Part shown: positions 13,289-24,740 of the stretch, piece by piece
Position numbering within the stretch: position 1 is the first letter of the stretch
Layout of the letters: each line of letters begins with the position of its first letter
Assembly (NCBI GenBank): GCA_030141605.1
Contig: JAQGDQ010001291.1
Coordinates: 1 to 49,415, forward strand
DNA from: Tubiluchus corallicola
Taxonomy: Eukaryota; Animalia; Priapulida
Length of the DNA: 49,415 bases
Direction of reading: 5' to 3'
Translations under genes and position numbers: made by a program
Notes under the pieces: generated by a model
The model's input: only the letters and a program-made list of their open reading frames with translations
What the model was told of the DNA's origin: nothing
Databases searched by the model: none

Positions 13289-13724
13289 ATCTCCAGCTGA
13301 ATTTTTATACTGAAGCATTTTTAACATTAATGATGTTTCTGAAATGGATTAGATTATTGAGCTGTATAATCAGAATGATCATAAAGTGACTTACTCTATG
13401 AAGCAAAGGTTGTCATCAAGATCTCTTAGGATTAATTATCCATTCGCTATTCATGCATTTATTCATCCGTTCATCCTTCATTCATTTATTCCTTCGTTTT
13501 CATCATCAATTCATACATTCGTAATTTCACTCACTCATTCGTTCATTAATTTATTCACTCATCCCTTTTATCCATCCATCCTCTTACAGTCTTATATGTA
13601 GTTATTTGTTCGTTAATTTATTGAGTCATTCGTTCATCCATTCACTCATGCCTTTTATTCATCCATTTACTCATTCCTTTTATTCATCCATCCATCTATC
13701 CTCTCAGTTTTTCTTTCTTCTTAG

Positions 13725-13826
13725 CTATTTATTTTTTCTGCGAGAACAAAACTATAGAACCAAAATTATCTAACATCTCGGATTATTTCCGAAGAAAAAT
13801 ACCATCATATGGTAAATTTGAAACAA
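13725..13826 (+). CDS. Putative exon F (AIYFFCENKTIEPKLSNISDYFRRKIPSYGKFET)
   Basis: Long pyrimidine tract ttttctttcttcttag and gtaagt donor; 102 nt, phase 1-1. An alternative phase-1 donor follows 13811. Confidence 0.6.
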
Positions 13827-13917
13827 GTAAGTATAGTAAGTTTGTGCCTTACTATAAGCCTTCAGTGTGAAGCAAAAGTTCTTAAACCGGAAAGGATTCT
13901 ATTTCACATTTTTATCA

Positions 13918-15193
13918 GCAATAAGCAAGGCTGGCAGTATGGTACGGCCAATGATTCATCAAAGCATCCAACGTTCTTGCGTTCAGGGTTTGCTGTTCAA
14001 TAAGCAAGGCTGGCAGTATGGCACGGTCAATGATTCATCAAAGCTTCCAGCGTCTTGCGCTCAGGGTTTGCTGGGCAATAAGCAAGGCTGGCCGTATGAT
14101 ACGGTCAATGATTTATCAAAGCATCCAGCGTCTTGCGTTCAGGGTTTGCTGGGCAGAAAGCAAGGCTGACAGTATGTTACAGTCAATGATTCATCAAAGC
14201 ATCCAGCGTCTTGTGTTCAGGGTTTGCTGAGCAATAAGCAAAGCTGGCAGTATGGTACAGCCAATGATTCATCAAAGCATCCAGCGTCTTGCGTTCAGGG
14301 TTTGCTGGGCAATAAGCAAGGCTGGCAGTATGGTACAGCCAATGATTTATCAAAGCATCCAACGTCTTGCGTTCAGGGTTTGCTGGGCAATAAGCAAGGC
14401 TGGCAGTATGGTACGGCCAATGATTTATCAAAGCATCCAGCGTCTTGCGTTCAGGGTTTGCTGGGCAATAAGCAAGGCTGGCAGTATGGTACGGTCAATG
14501 ATTCATCAAAGCATCCAACGTCTTGCGTTCAGGGTTTGCTGGGCAATAAGCAAGGCTGGCAGTATGGTACAGCCAATGATTTATCAAAGCATCCAACGTC
14601 TTGCGTTCAGGGTTTGCTGGGCAATAAGCAAGGCTGGCAGTATGGTACAGCCAATGATTTATCAAAGCATCCAACGTCTTGCGTTCAGGGTTTGCTGGGC
14701 AGTAAGCAAGGCTGGCAGTATGGTACAGCCAATGATTTATCAAAGCATTCAACGTCTTGCGTTCAGGGTTTGCTGGGCAGTAAGCAAGGCTGGCAGTATG
14801 GTACAGCCAATGATTTATCAAAGCATTCAACGTCTTGCGTTCAGGGTTTGCTGGGCAGTAAGCAAGGCTGGCAGTATGGTACAGCCAATGATTTATCAAA
14901 GCATTCAACGTCTTGCGTTCAGGGTTTGCTGGGCAGTAAGCAAGGCTGGCAGTATGGTACAGCCAATGATTTATCAAAGCATTCAACGTCTTGCGTTCAG
15001 GGTTTGCTGGGCAGTAAGCAAGGCTGGCAGTATGGTACAGCCAATGATTTATCAAAGCATTCAACGTCTTGCGTTCAGGGTTTGCTGGGCAGTAAGCAAG
15101 GCTGGCAGTATGGTACAGCCAATGATTTATCAAAGCATTCAACGTCTTGCGTTCAGGGTTTGCTGGGCAGTAACCAAGGCTGGCAGTATGGTA
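13918..15193. repeat. 78-bp tandem repeat, about 16 copies, each containing a transposon TIR
   Basis: 26-aa periodicity in the overlapping ORFs; unit starts GCAATAAG CAAGGCTGGCAGTATGGTAC. Confidence 0.97.
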
Positions 15194-17135
15194 GGACACG
15201 AAAAAATATCGTACTTCGTACCTCTAAAAAATACCGTTCGTAATTCCTGTACCTACAAAATCCAATCGTACCATACTAGTACAATAAAATATAGTACCTT
15301 AATTTAGTACCAAGTTCGTGTAGAATCTAGTAAAAACAGGTAAAGAGTTTTTTATACAAAATAATTATAGCTGCTATAGTCATTAAAGCACAAGAAAACC
15401 ATCCACTTATATAAAGCTTAAAATTTCCTCTTGAACTTTTATATCACTTACGTACTGCCTTTTTAAGCATCGTTACGGTTTTGTACAGATCGGCAAAGTT
15501 GCCCGCATTCATCATTAGCGACTTAAACTTTTCTTGCTTCAGTAGAATATGCGTAGCTTGAGATGTGCAGTAAATTACTGCACAATAGCTAGAAATTGTA
15601 GTTAAAATAACGCCGTTATATGAATTTGGATCAATTACGGTAAATGACAATTCCAGCTTCCAAACAACTTGTGTTTTTGCAGTTTGCACTCAAAAGGCAG
15701 CAATTTACTCTGTGTTAATTATTGGAGAACAGTGAGGTGCACACAGGAGCAAAATAAATCGTCACATTGAGTTGCTGTCCAGTAGAAACCATACAAAAAA
15801 TTTGGGATAAATGGTACGGAAAGGTACGATAAAGCTACGAAAAATTCTGTAATTTCGTATCGTGCCGTACTGTTGAAAAAATGTTGTGCTGTTTTCTTAC
15901 CGTGCTGTACTTTTAAGCATTTTTTCCTGCTGTACCATACTTTTAAGCATTTTTTTCCTACCGTACCTTACTTTTTTGCATTTTTTCTACTGTACCGTAC
16001 TTTTAAGCATTTCTCCCTACCGTACCGTACTTTTAAGCATTTTTTTCCTACCGTACCGTACTTTAAAACATTTTTCCTACCATACCGTACTTTTAAGCAT
16101 TTCTTCCTACTGTACCGTACTTTTAAGCATTTTTTTCTACTGTACCGTACTCTTAAGCATTTTTTCCTACCGTGCCGTACTTTTAAGCAATTTTTCCTAC
16201 CGTACCGTACTTTTAAGCATTTTTCCTACCGTACCGTACTTTTAACCATTTATCCCTACTGTACCGTACTTTTAAGCATGTTTTCCTACCGTACCGTACA
16301 TTTAAGCATTTTTTCCTACCATACCGTACTTTTAAGAATTTTTTCTTACCGTACCGTACTTTTAAGCATTTTTCCCTCCATACCGTACTTTTAAGCATTT
16401 TTTCCTACCATACCGTACTTTTAAGAATTTTTTCTTACCGTACCGTACTTTTAAGCATTTTTCCCTCCATACCGTACTTTTAAGCATTTTTTCCTACCAT
16501 ACCGTACTTTTAACCATTTCTCCCTCTGTACCGTACTTTTAAGCATTTTTTCCTACCATACCGTACTTTTAAGCATTTTTTCCTACCATACCGTACTTTT
16601 AAGAATTTTTTCTTACCGTACCGTACTTTTAAGCATTTTTCCCTCCATACCGTACTTTTAAGCATTTTTTCCTACCATACCGTACTTTTAACCATTTTTC
16701 CCTCTGTACCGTACTTTTAAGCATTTTTTCCTACCATACCGTACTTTTAAGCATTTTTTCCTACCGTACCGTACTTTTAACCATTTCTCCCTACCGTACC
16801 GTACTTTTAAGCATGTTTTCCTACCATACCGTACTTTTAAGCATGTTTTCCTACCGTACCGTACTTTTAAGCATTTTTTCCTACCATACAGTACTTTTAA
16901 GCATTTTTTCTTACCATACCGTACTTTTAAGCATTTTTCCCTCTGTACCGTACTTTTAAGCATTTACCGTACTTTTTTAAAAGCATGTTTTCCTACCGTT
17001 CCGTACTTTTAAGCATTTTTTCCTACCGTACCATACTTTTAAGCATTTTTTCTTACCGTACCGTACTTTTAAGCATTTTTCCTCCGTACCGTACTTTTAA
17101 GCATTTTTTCCTACCGTACCATACTGCCTGCCTTG
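13926..17135. mobile_element. Non-autonomous hAT-like DNA transposon with amplified left end and subterminal repeats
   Basis: 22-bp TIR CAAGGCTGGCAGTATGGTACGG matches the reverse complement of 17114-17135 at 21/22. Flanks GCAATAAG and GCAACAAG match 7/8 (8-bp TSD). Confidence 0.75.
15893..17120. repeat. About 30-bp subterminal tandem repeat, about 40 copies (mirror 32296-33523)
   Basis: Unit TTTTCCTACCGTACCGTACTTTTAAGCATT, running into the right TIR. Confidence 0.95.
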
Positions 17136-17457
17136 GCAACAAGTTAATAACAAATCGCTTGGCGTCCAGTTTCTATGTTTGTCACCAAAAAATAAAATGG
17201 GCGACATCAAATTTACTTTTGCAATGGTGTCCATTTTACGTTATTTATTTCAATAAGAATTAGCAGGCCATCATTGGCTGGTAAGGCTGAATGCAAGGAG
17301 TTCAAATACAGGAAGAGCTTACAAGGTCCGCTACCCAAAATCTTTGGTTTCATCACCCACTGACACACTTGGAAACACCAGACGCTGGATGCTTTGCTGT
17401 ATCATAGGAGTAATAATAATTATTTAGAATCTAACAATGTTAGGGTGTTCTAAATAC

Positions 17458-17655
17458 CGGTTTATAAATCCATAGCCTTTCTTTAGGATTTTCTTTTAAA
17501 TATCTTTTGAATGCCTTCTTTTCAGCAGGTAGGATAAACGTAAGCGGAATGAAACTAAAATCTTCTGTTCCATATTTGGAAATTAGAAATTTTATGTTCC
17601 TCCAGAAATTGTCCTTCCTGCAAGTTTCCTGTCGCGAACCGGGAAAGTGGTTAAG
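17458..17655 (-). CDS. TTLL4: TTLL4-like exon J, start of the TTL domain (LNHFPGSRQETCRKDNFWRN...FIPLTFILP...WIYKP)
   Basis: tatttcag acceptor and gtattt donor; 198 nt, phase 0-0. Carries the NHFPG, RKD.LW.N-like, F.P.TF.LP and WI.KP hallmarks of TTL/TTLL proteins. Confidence 0.92.
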
Positions 17656-17827
17656 CTGAAATATAAAAACCATCCCGTTTATTTGCATTTAAATTACATG
17701 TTAGTTTCGTTTCACACAGTATTAAAACAATGGCTAAAAATTTCTGAAGCGGCAACCCCAGTAAATTTAACTACGAGCCGCTACTGGATCCTGTACTTGA
17801 AGCAACCTGTCTGTTTGGCTTAACTAG

Positions 17828-18385
17828 ATGAAGGATTTGTCTTTAAAACGAGATGCTAAGCATGCAGTGGTACCCTGGCCCCTCTTGAAATCTCCCACAA
17901 AAGAAGACAGAGCTAGAGGTAGGCAATGTGACGAAGGATTTTGTCTTTAAAACGAGATGCTGTGCACGCAGTGGTACCCTGGCCTCTCTTGAAATCCCCC
18001 ACAAAAGAAAACAGAGCTAGAGGTAGGCAATGTGACGAAGGATTTGTCTTTAAAACGAGATGCTGTGCACGCAGTGGTACCCTGGCCTCTCTTGAAATCC
18101 CCCACAAAAAAAGACAGAGCTAGAGGTAGGCAATGTGACGAAGGATTTGTCTTTAAAACGAGATGCTGTGCACGCACTGGTACCCTGGCCTCTCTTGAAA
18201 TCCCCCACAAAAGAAGACAGAGCTAGAGGTAGGCAATGTGACGAAGGATGTGTCTTTAAAACGAGATGCTGCACACGCACTGGTACCCTGGCCCCTCATG
18301 ATGTCTCCCACAAAAGAAGACAAAGCTTGAGGTAGGCAATGTGACGAAGGATTTGTCTTTAAAAGGAGATGCTGCGCATGCAGTG
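17828..18385. repeat. 103-bp tandem repeat, about 5.4 copies (mirror 31030-31588)
   Basis: GAAGGATTTGTCTTTAAAACGAGATGCT recurs; ORF starts are offset by 103. Confidence 0.95.
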
Positions 18386-18689
18386 CCTGTGGTTAGTTTT
18401 TTTACATAAGCAATAGATGCGTTCGGTTGCTGTTAATTAACTTTTGTAGGCAAGAAAATTTGTATTTTGGACCTTAAATTAAAATTTCGTCCAGTTGTGC
18501 TTTAACCAATGAGCTTTTACCACCACTGTGCAATAGAAATAAGTATGACTGCCCGGAAGCAGAAGATCTGAGTTCGAATTTAAGAAAACGTGCAAAACTT
18601 TTTCAGACTGTCTAATTTAGTATTGCTTTCGAGCGTTTCTTGGCTTGTTGATAGACCTCAAGTAGTTTATATGTCCAAGTATGAAAAGA

Positions 18690-18762
18690 GCCTCTGTGGT
18701 CTAGTGGATAGCATAGCTGCAAGGAATGCAGTATGTCTCGGTTCGAGTCCCAGCGAAGTGCA
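18690..18762 (+). pseudogene. tRNA-derived sequence (pseudo-tRNA or SINE head; mirror 30653-30725)
   Basis: A-box TGGTCTAGTGG, B-box GGTTCGAGTCC, CTGC/GCAG anticodon-like stem. The acceptor stem is poor and the loop lacks U33. Confidence 0.6.
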
Positions 18763-19325
18763 ATCTATTTTTTAAAATTTCTAATTGTTTTAATTAATTT
18801 ATTTATTTATTAAACCATTAAGGAAAGAAATTACAAAAGACAAGAAAACGACATAGAAAACATCTGAACAAAGGAGGCACATATAAGTGGGTATAATGGT
18901 TCAAATACATGATGTGAAAGTCATTATTGAAGTTGTTGTTATGATTGAGTTTAAACACAGAAAAGTATGGATAAGAACCAAAAATCTATAATAAATATTT
19001 GCACTGCACACAACAGAAAAGTGTTTATTTAGTGTTTATAGAGAAAACATGAGTAGCAAAACTGCTGCAGTGAACATTGAGCAAAAACTAGAAAGCAAAA
19101 ACAGTCTTCACAGGCTTCACAACAACCATTAATTTAAAATAGGGAGAGGACCAGTGTGTATGTATTCACCATACAATTATACTGAAGGTAACTCAGCTAG
19201 TAGAATGTAACAAGATTGGCACATAGATGGCAGCACCTCACTACAATGTACAATGCCACCTTGCTCACATGACATATGTTTTGCATGTTATTGAATTCTA
19301 CAATCTAATCAGGTTCTGAACTCAC

Positions 19326-19402
19326 CTTCTGATATGGCTGAAGTTCGTCAAATTTGATTCGTAATAGACAGAAACAGCCAAGCCACATTTTGTCTTCCGA
19401 AT
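19326..19402 (-). CDS. TTLL4: TTLL4-like exon I (DSEDKMWLGCFCLLRIKFDELQPYQK)
   Basis: tttgcag acceptor and gtgagt donor; 77 nt, phase 1-0. Matches TTLL4 DWLGCWG...HQK. Confidence 0.85.
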
Positions 19403-19459
19403 CTGCAAATCAGAGAATTTATAAAGCACAAGAAATCCCCCCACTTACATAAAGCTTAA

Positions 19460-20137
19460 AGGACAAGGGGCACCTGAAGTAGGTTTCAGAAATATCGCCC
19501 TAAAAATTATACTAGTTTACAGCAATTTTATGCACATATCGTACTCGCGTTGGAAGGAATTTTCGTTTGTTTTCATCTTAAATCTCCCGCAATGCTGTTC
19601 CGACGGCGCCATTACATGACGTCATTACCCTGTAAATCAGGGGAAGAAAAGACAATGTTAAATTATGTCCCAAAAAACTTTCCATGCAAATCTATATTAC
19701 TTAGCATTTCGCTTACCTGCTGGAATGACTTATGTATCTAGAGATAATAACTTAAAATGTTTGTGCCAATTGCTAAAATGTCGCTGACTCACCCTCCATG
19801 GTGCGCCACTCACTAACCAAAAACGTATTTTTAATCTTATTGACAAGATACAGTAATTAGAAATTTTACTTAATTAGCAACATGTATGCAACGAATGCTC
19901 TGATTATTTTTTCAAACTTTGCTCAATGTTATCTAAACTTGTTTCAAACGACCTGCCATTAAAATGGCTGCGCCTAACGGTCATCGCGGGAGTTTAAATT
20001 TACACGTTTTATACTGTGTTCAGTGCGAGTAGGACATATGCATAAAATTGATACAAAGTAATATAATTAATATAATATAATATAATTTTCAAGACGATTT
20101 TTCTGAAACCTATATCAGTTGCCCCTTTTCTTGTCCT
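19460..20137. mobile_element. TTAA-target MITE, Kolobok/T2-like
   Basis: TTAA at 19456-19459 and 20138-20141; termini AGGACAAG...CTTGTCCT; imperfect TIR blocks extend more than 100 bp. Confidence 0.8.
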
Positions 20138-21225
20138 TTAACTCAAAAAAGACAACAAACAACAACTACAACAAACAAAACAAGAAAACGACCGAAATGA
20201 GAAGTTAGTTGCAGAACTAAGAATTCATTACAGTCACTCAGTATCGTTACTTCTCTAACCGTGGATAAAAAGTACAAAGTTGAATTTTCTTCAATGATTA
20301 TAATTTCCTCATAACGGATCGGGTCACAAAATACCCCATTCTAGATTGTAAGATTGTATGTCCTATTTGTTATAAAAGTGCCACTAGCCAATATAATACA
20401 GTTTGTTTGGTAAAATAATTTTATATTGTTTTACTGAACATTAAATTCCTACAAGTTGTTTGTCAGATACAATTTCAAACTAGTCCGGAATGAGAAGCAT
20501 TGGGATACTTGCTTATTGAGCTATTGTCTACCAAACTCCCTGTATGAGTTATTTATTGTACTCATAAATCTGTTTTTCGTGGGTACGTCACTTAGGGCCC
20601 GTTTACACGATCAGGTTTTAAAGTGTCCAACTGGAACTGACGTGCGTTTAGACGACATGAAACATTACTCCATCCCACTCTGGCAATTACTGTTCAACAA
20701 GCATGTCAGTCAAATTATGGTGACATTATGCAGACGTGCTTTTGTTATCTACTGGGATAGGTTGGGCTTGAAAGAGGAGAAATTGTAAAAAAATAATTAA
20801 AAGTTTTAAGAGAGAAAAACAGCTACAGCAAAGAATTGAAAGAGACAGTTACAGCCTGACTTTCAAAGATTTAAATGTTGAGGTGTCACGTGACTTTTTC
20901 AATTATACGAGTACGTTCACCCGTAACATTTGACTATTTATTGCAAGAAGTTATGTTTAACTAACCCCCTGTATAACACACCTACAGTTCTGGCCCAAAT
21001 TGTTTAGTTGATTAGTAGTAAAATTAAAGTTTTGCTGTTTTGTATGCAAATTAAAATCTCCTTTGTACTACCTTGTTTACACAGTAACTATCATAGTCAC
21101 AGTTTGCCATTCCCATTTGTTCTGTGTTTTTTTTATTCTTTTTCCTTGAGTAACGTGCTGTTCGATTTATTCAAAGTTGTCATTCTGTCCTTTTGCTGCA
21201 GAATGTTTAAATTGCTACAAATATC

Positions 21226-22319
21226 CAGTTGAATTCCAAACATACAATACAACTTGTATCCTTCCTGCAGTTGAATTCCAAACATACAATACAGCTTGTA
21301 TCCTTCCTGCAGATGAATTCCTATCATACAATTCAACTTGTATCCTTCCTGCAGTTGAATTCCAAACATACAATACAGCTTGTATCCTTCCTGCAGATGA
21401 ATTCCTAACATACAATACAACTTGTATCCTTCCTGCAGTTGAATTCCAAACATACAATACAACTTGTATCCTTCCGGCAGATGAATTCCTATCATACAAT
21501 ACAATTTGTATCCTTCCTGCAGATGAATTCCTAACATACAATACAATTTGTAGCCTTCCTGCAGATGAATTCCTAACATACAATACAACTTGTATCCTTC
21601 CTGCAGATGAATTCCTATCATACAATACAACTTGTATCCTTCCTGCAGATGAATTCCAAACATACAATACAATTTGTATCCTTCCTGCAGATGAATTCCT
21701 AACATACAATACAATTTGTATCCTTCCTGCAGATGAATTCCTAACATACAATACAATTTGTATCCTTCCTGCAGATGAATTCCTAACATACAATACAATT
21801 TGTATCCTTCCTGCAGATGAATTCCAGACATACAATACAATTTGTATCCTTCCTGCAGATGAATTCCAAACATACAATACAATTTGTATCCTTCCTGCAG
21901 ATGAATTCCTAACATACAATACAATTTGTATCCTTCCTGCAGATGAATTCCTAACATACAATACAATTTGTATCCTTCCTGCAGATGAATTCCTAACATA
22001 CAATACAATTTGTATCCTTCCTGCAGATGAATTCCTAACATACAATACAATTTGTATCCTTCCTGCAGATGAATTCCTAACATACAATACAACTTGTATC
22101 CTTCCTGCAGATGAATTCCAAACATACAATACAACTTGTATCCTTCCTGCAGTTGAATTCCAAACATACAATACAACTTGTATCCTTCCGGCAGATGAAT
22201 TCCTATCATACAATACAATTTGTATCCTTCCTGCAGATGAATTCCTAACATACAATACAATTTGTATCCTTCCTGCAGATGAATTCCTAACATACAATAC
22301 AATTTGTATCCTTCCTGCA
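21226..22319. repeat. 42-bp tandem repeat, about 26 copies, in the TTLL H-I intron
   Basis: 14-aa periodic ORFs (QEGYKLYCMLGIHL). Confidence 0.98.
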
Positions 22320-22576
22320 AAATTATTTACGTTCGATGGTTCTCACCTATGTCTTGTTACAAGTTTTTTGTCTTGCTGGATCGAGGATCCAAAAACAGAA
22401 CATTATGGTAAAAAACAGACCAGCAAGATTGATAGCACCTCGAGGCAACTGTGATTAGAGGTTCCTTGAACCTTCAGAACCTCTGTAAGATTGATGGCTT
22501 TCTCTATTTCTTTAGAAAGCTGCAATTGGTTTTCAAGAACTTATCTTCTATAATATTCCACATTTCTTTACATTCG

Positions 22577-22662
22577 TTTGTTGTTGTTGTTCTTCTTCTT
22601 CTTCTTCTTCTTGCTGTTGTTGTTGTTCTTCGTCTTCGTCTTCTTCTTCTTGTTCTTGTTGC

Positions 22663-22699
<37 letters not shown>

Positions 22700-22810
22700 C
22701 TTGTTGCCGTTTTTGTTATTGCTGTTGCTGTTGCTGTTGTTGTTGTTGCCGTTGCCATTGCCATTGCAGTTACAGTTGCTGTTGCTGTTGCTGTTGCTAT
22801 GTTGCTGTTG
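22577..22810. repeat. Compound trinucleotide microsatellite (GTT/CTT/GCT)
   Basis: Read directly; starts 20 bp inside the spacer. Confidence 0.95.
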
Positions 22811-22951
22811 AGCTGTGACTGTCTATCACTACTACTACCAGAACTGTCATTACGTACTATACATTAGTTATTGTGGTTTGTGAATTCTTGCTGTTACTGT
22901 TTCTTATGATGACGGTGGCTTCAGTTACGATGGCATCATTTAAACGCTTAC

Positions 22952-23059
22952 CTGTTACGTTGCAATTTGAACGCTTGAGCATTGAGATTATAATTCGCCA
23001 TTTTTGTCCTTTCAACTTCCATTTCAGCTTCTTTGCAATGTACCTTGGTAAAGCTTGCA
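22952..23059 (-). CDS. TTLL4: TTLL4-like exon H (VQALPRYIAKKLKWKLKGQKWRIIISMLKRSNCNVT)
   Basis: ttttttctag acceptor and gtaagc donor; 108 nt, phase 1-1, in frame with exon G. Resembles TTLL4 VEKLPWEQRKLLRWKMS...VKQTIGRSHF. Confidence 0.85.
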
Positions 23060-24280
23060 CTAGAAAAAATGGACTAATGCTATCAAGCAGGCAAGTAAGC
23101 TGTCAATCAAGCAAGCCTGGTAACCAGTCCTCAATAGAACTGCTTTAAGTTAGTAAATTCATTACATAAACTAGAATAAGGTGCAGGATGTTTATGCTGT
23201 GCTGGACTTATATTAACAATGAACCCAATACAGTTTTGCTAAAGAATGAATTGCCATGATTACCCCCCCCCCCCCCAATAATCTACTCGACATATTCTGC
23301 AGCTTTTAAAACATGGTCATAAAATTCTCAAGTGATTCTTACAGAATATGTTAGGAACTGACTCTTGGTTGGGGAATAGTTCAGTCAGATCATTTACAAT
23401 GTATCTACAGTTACAGTAAATCAGAGAGCCTACTTAAGTTGTAAATCATTGTGGTAGGACCAGGACGTAGTTCGTTATCAAAAATATATGCTGAGAGAGG
23501 TCAAGTCAAAGTGGGTTGTACGCAACCTCCATCAAAAGCAGAAGTAGACTGAACGTAATCTAGGCAAACGATTGGAAACATATAGTCCCCCATCAGTTTA
23601 CTAACTTGACTCAGCACTGCTTAACATTTCAGGCTAAACACACGGGGATTTATCAATTTTATTCCATCATTATTTCACAAATCACAACATGCACATGGGA
23701 ATTGCCTGTCTAACATTAATAACAACTACATTCCCCTAGGTGCTAATACGACATTTAGTTTAAATGAATTCTTTTTGCCACTGACCCTTGCTAAGGTCAA
23801 ATTGCACATAATTACGCTACGTCAAGCATAATAAACACATAGAGAATATATATTTGCAATAATTAACTTTCCACATATTTTGTTTTCATTTCATATCACC
23901 TCATACTGTAGTAGGAACACCCCCGTAGGATCATTTAGGCTTGTCGATTCTGATTAAAGTTTTTTAACTGATTCATTTTCTACAGTATAAATGTCTGGTC
24001 AACGTCTAGTTAGCCTATTGGTTAATGACCTGCGGATCGGTTCTTTACGTGAATAATATTCATTTCACAACAACAGAAATATTTTATGCACAAATATTGA
24101 TTGAAAATTTTAGATGAACAAATTTGGAACAAGTGCTGAGCTGTTGATGCTCACTAATAAGCCAATGATTTAAAGTTTGCTATGAAAACAAAACTTTTTT
24201 GTTTCTAATTTAATTTTGCGTGTGATCATATTCGATTGCACATTCTTTATTCAACTAACGTGCCTATAATATGAACTTAC

Positions 24281-24430
24281 CAATTTGTCCAGGTAATCCA
24301 AAGTTGATTACAGGTGCAACATTTGAGAAAAGACTAGGTGTTAGTGCTGGGATAACTCGAGGACATTCTTGTAAATGTGAATTATTCCATAGTGAAGCTT
24401 CTACATTTGTCTCAATTACAATAGACGCCT
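24281..24430 (-). CDS. TTLL4: TTLL4-like tubulin glutamylase, internal exon G (ASIVIET...PALTPSLFSNVAPVINFGLPGQI)
   Basis: tatgtttcag acceptor and gtaagt donor; 150 nt, phase 1-1, open. Resembles the TTLL4 pre-TTL-domain motif PALIYSLFPNVPPTIYFG (recalled, not searched). Confidence 0.85.
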
Positions 24431-24673
24431 CTGAAACATATAAATAATATGTCCAAAAATACGTCAGTTTTCAAATCAATCAGGCACTCACCGAATGACT
24501 GACTTACCAATCTAATTAATATATTAATCGACTGACTGACTCACTGTGAGACCAACTCAAGAGTCACTGAAAGACGATGTTGACAATCGTGATAAGATAT
24601 GTACAAATTAAAAAAAAGTTTCGTAACAAAGTTGATTGGGAGAGTAAAAATCTAATGGAATAAATAGTGGACT

Positions 24674-24740
24674 TTGTTGTTGTTGTTGTTGTTCTTATTA
24701 TTATTGTTGTTGTTGTTGTTATTATTATTATTATTATTGT
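24674..24740. repeat. (GTT)n/(ATT)n microsatellite
   Basis: Read directly. Confidence 0.9.

Noticed and set aside
14224-15307. 234-351 aa ORFs on both strands (and mirrors)
   Set aside because: They come from a stop-free 78-bp unit open in several frames, containing a transposon TIR, with no domain.
15444-15689. 81-aa ORF inside the hAT-like element as a transposase
   Set aside because: No recognisable BED, DDE or dimerisation motif, and it is too short.
18690-18762. Functional tRNA gene
   Set aside because: The acceptor stem pairs poorly and the anticodon loop lacks U33; kept only as tRNA-derived.
19219-19235. CTCF-like motifs (also near 7020-7037)
   Set aside because: Partial matches judged by eye only; not distinguishable from chance without scoring.
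21133-22454. 360-534 aa repetitive ORFs (also 26521-28282)
   Set aside because: A 42-bp unit open in three frames within the TTLL H-I intron; the frame switches at the 27145 seam.
22451-22867. Poly-Val/Leu/Thr/Arg ORFs
   Set aside because: Translations of a trinucleotide microsatellite.
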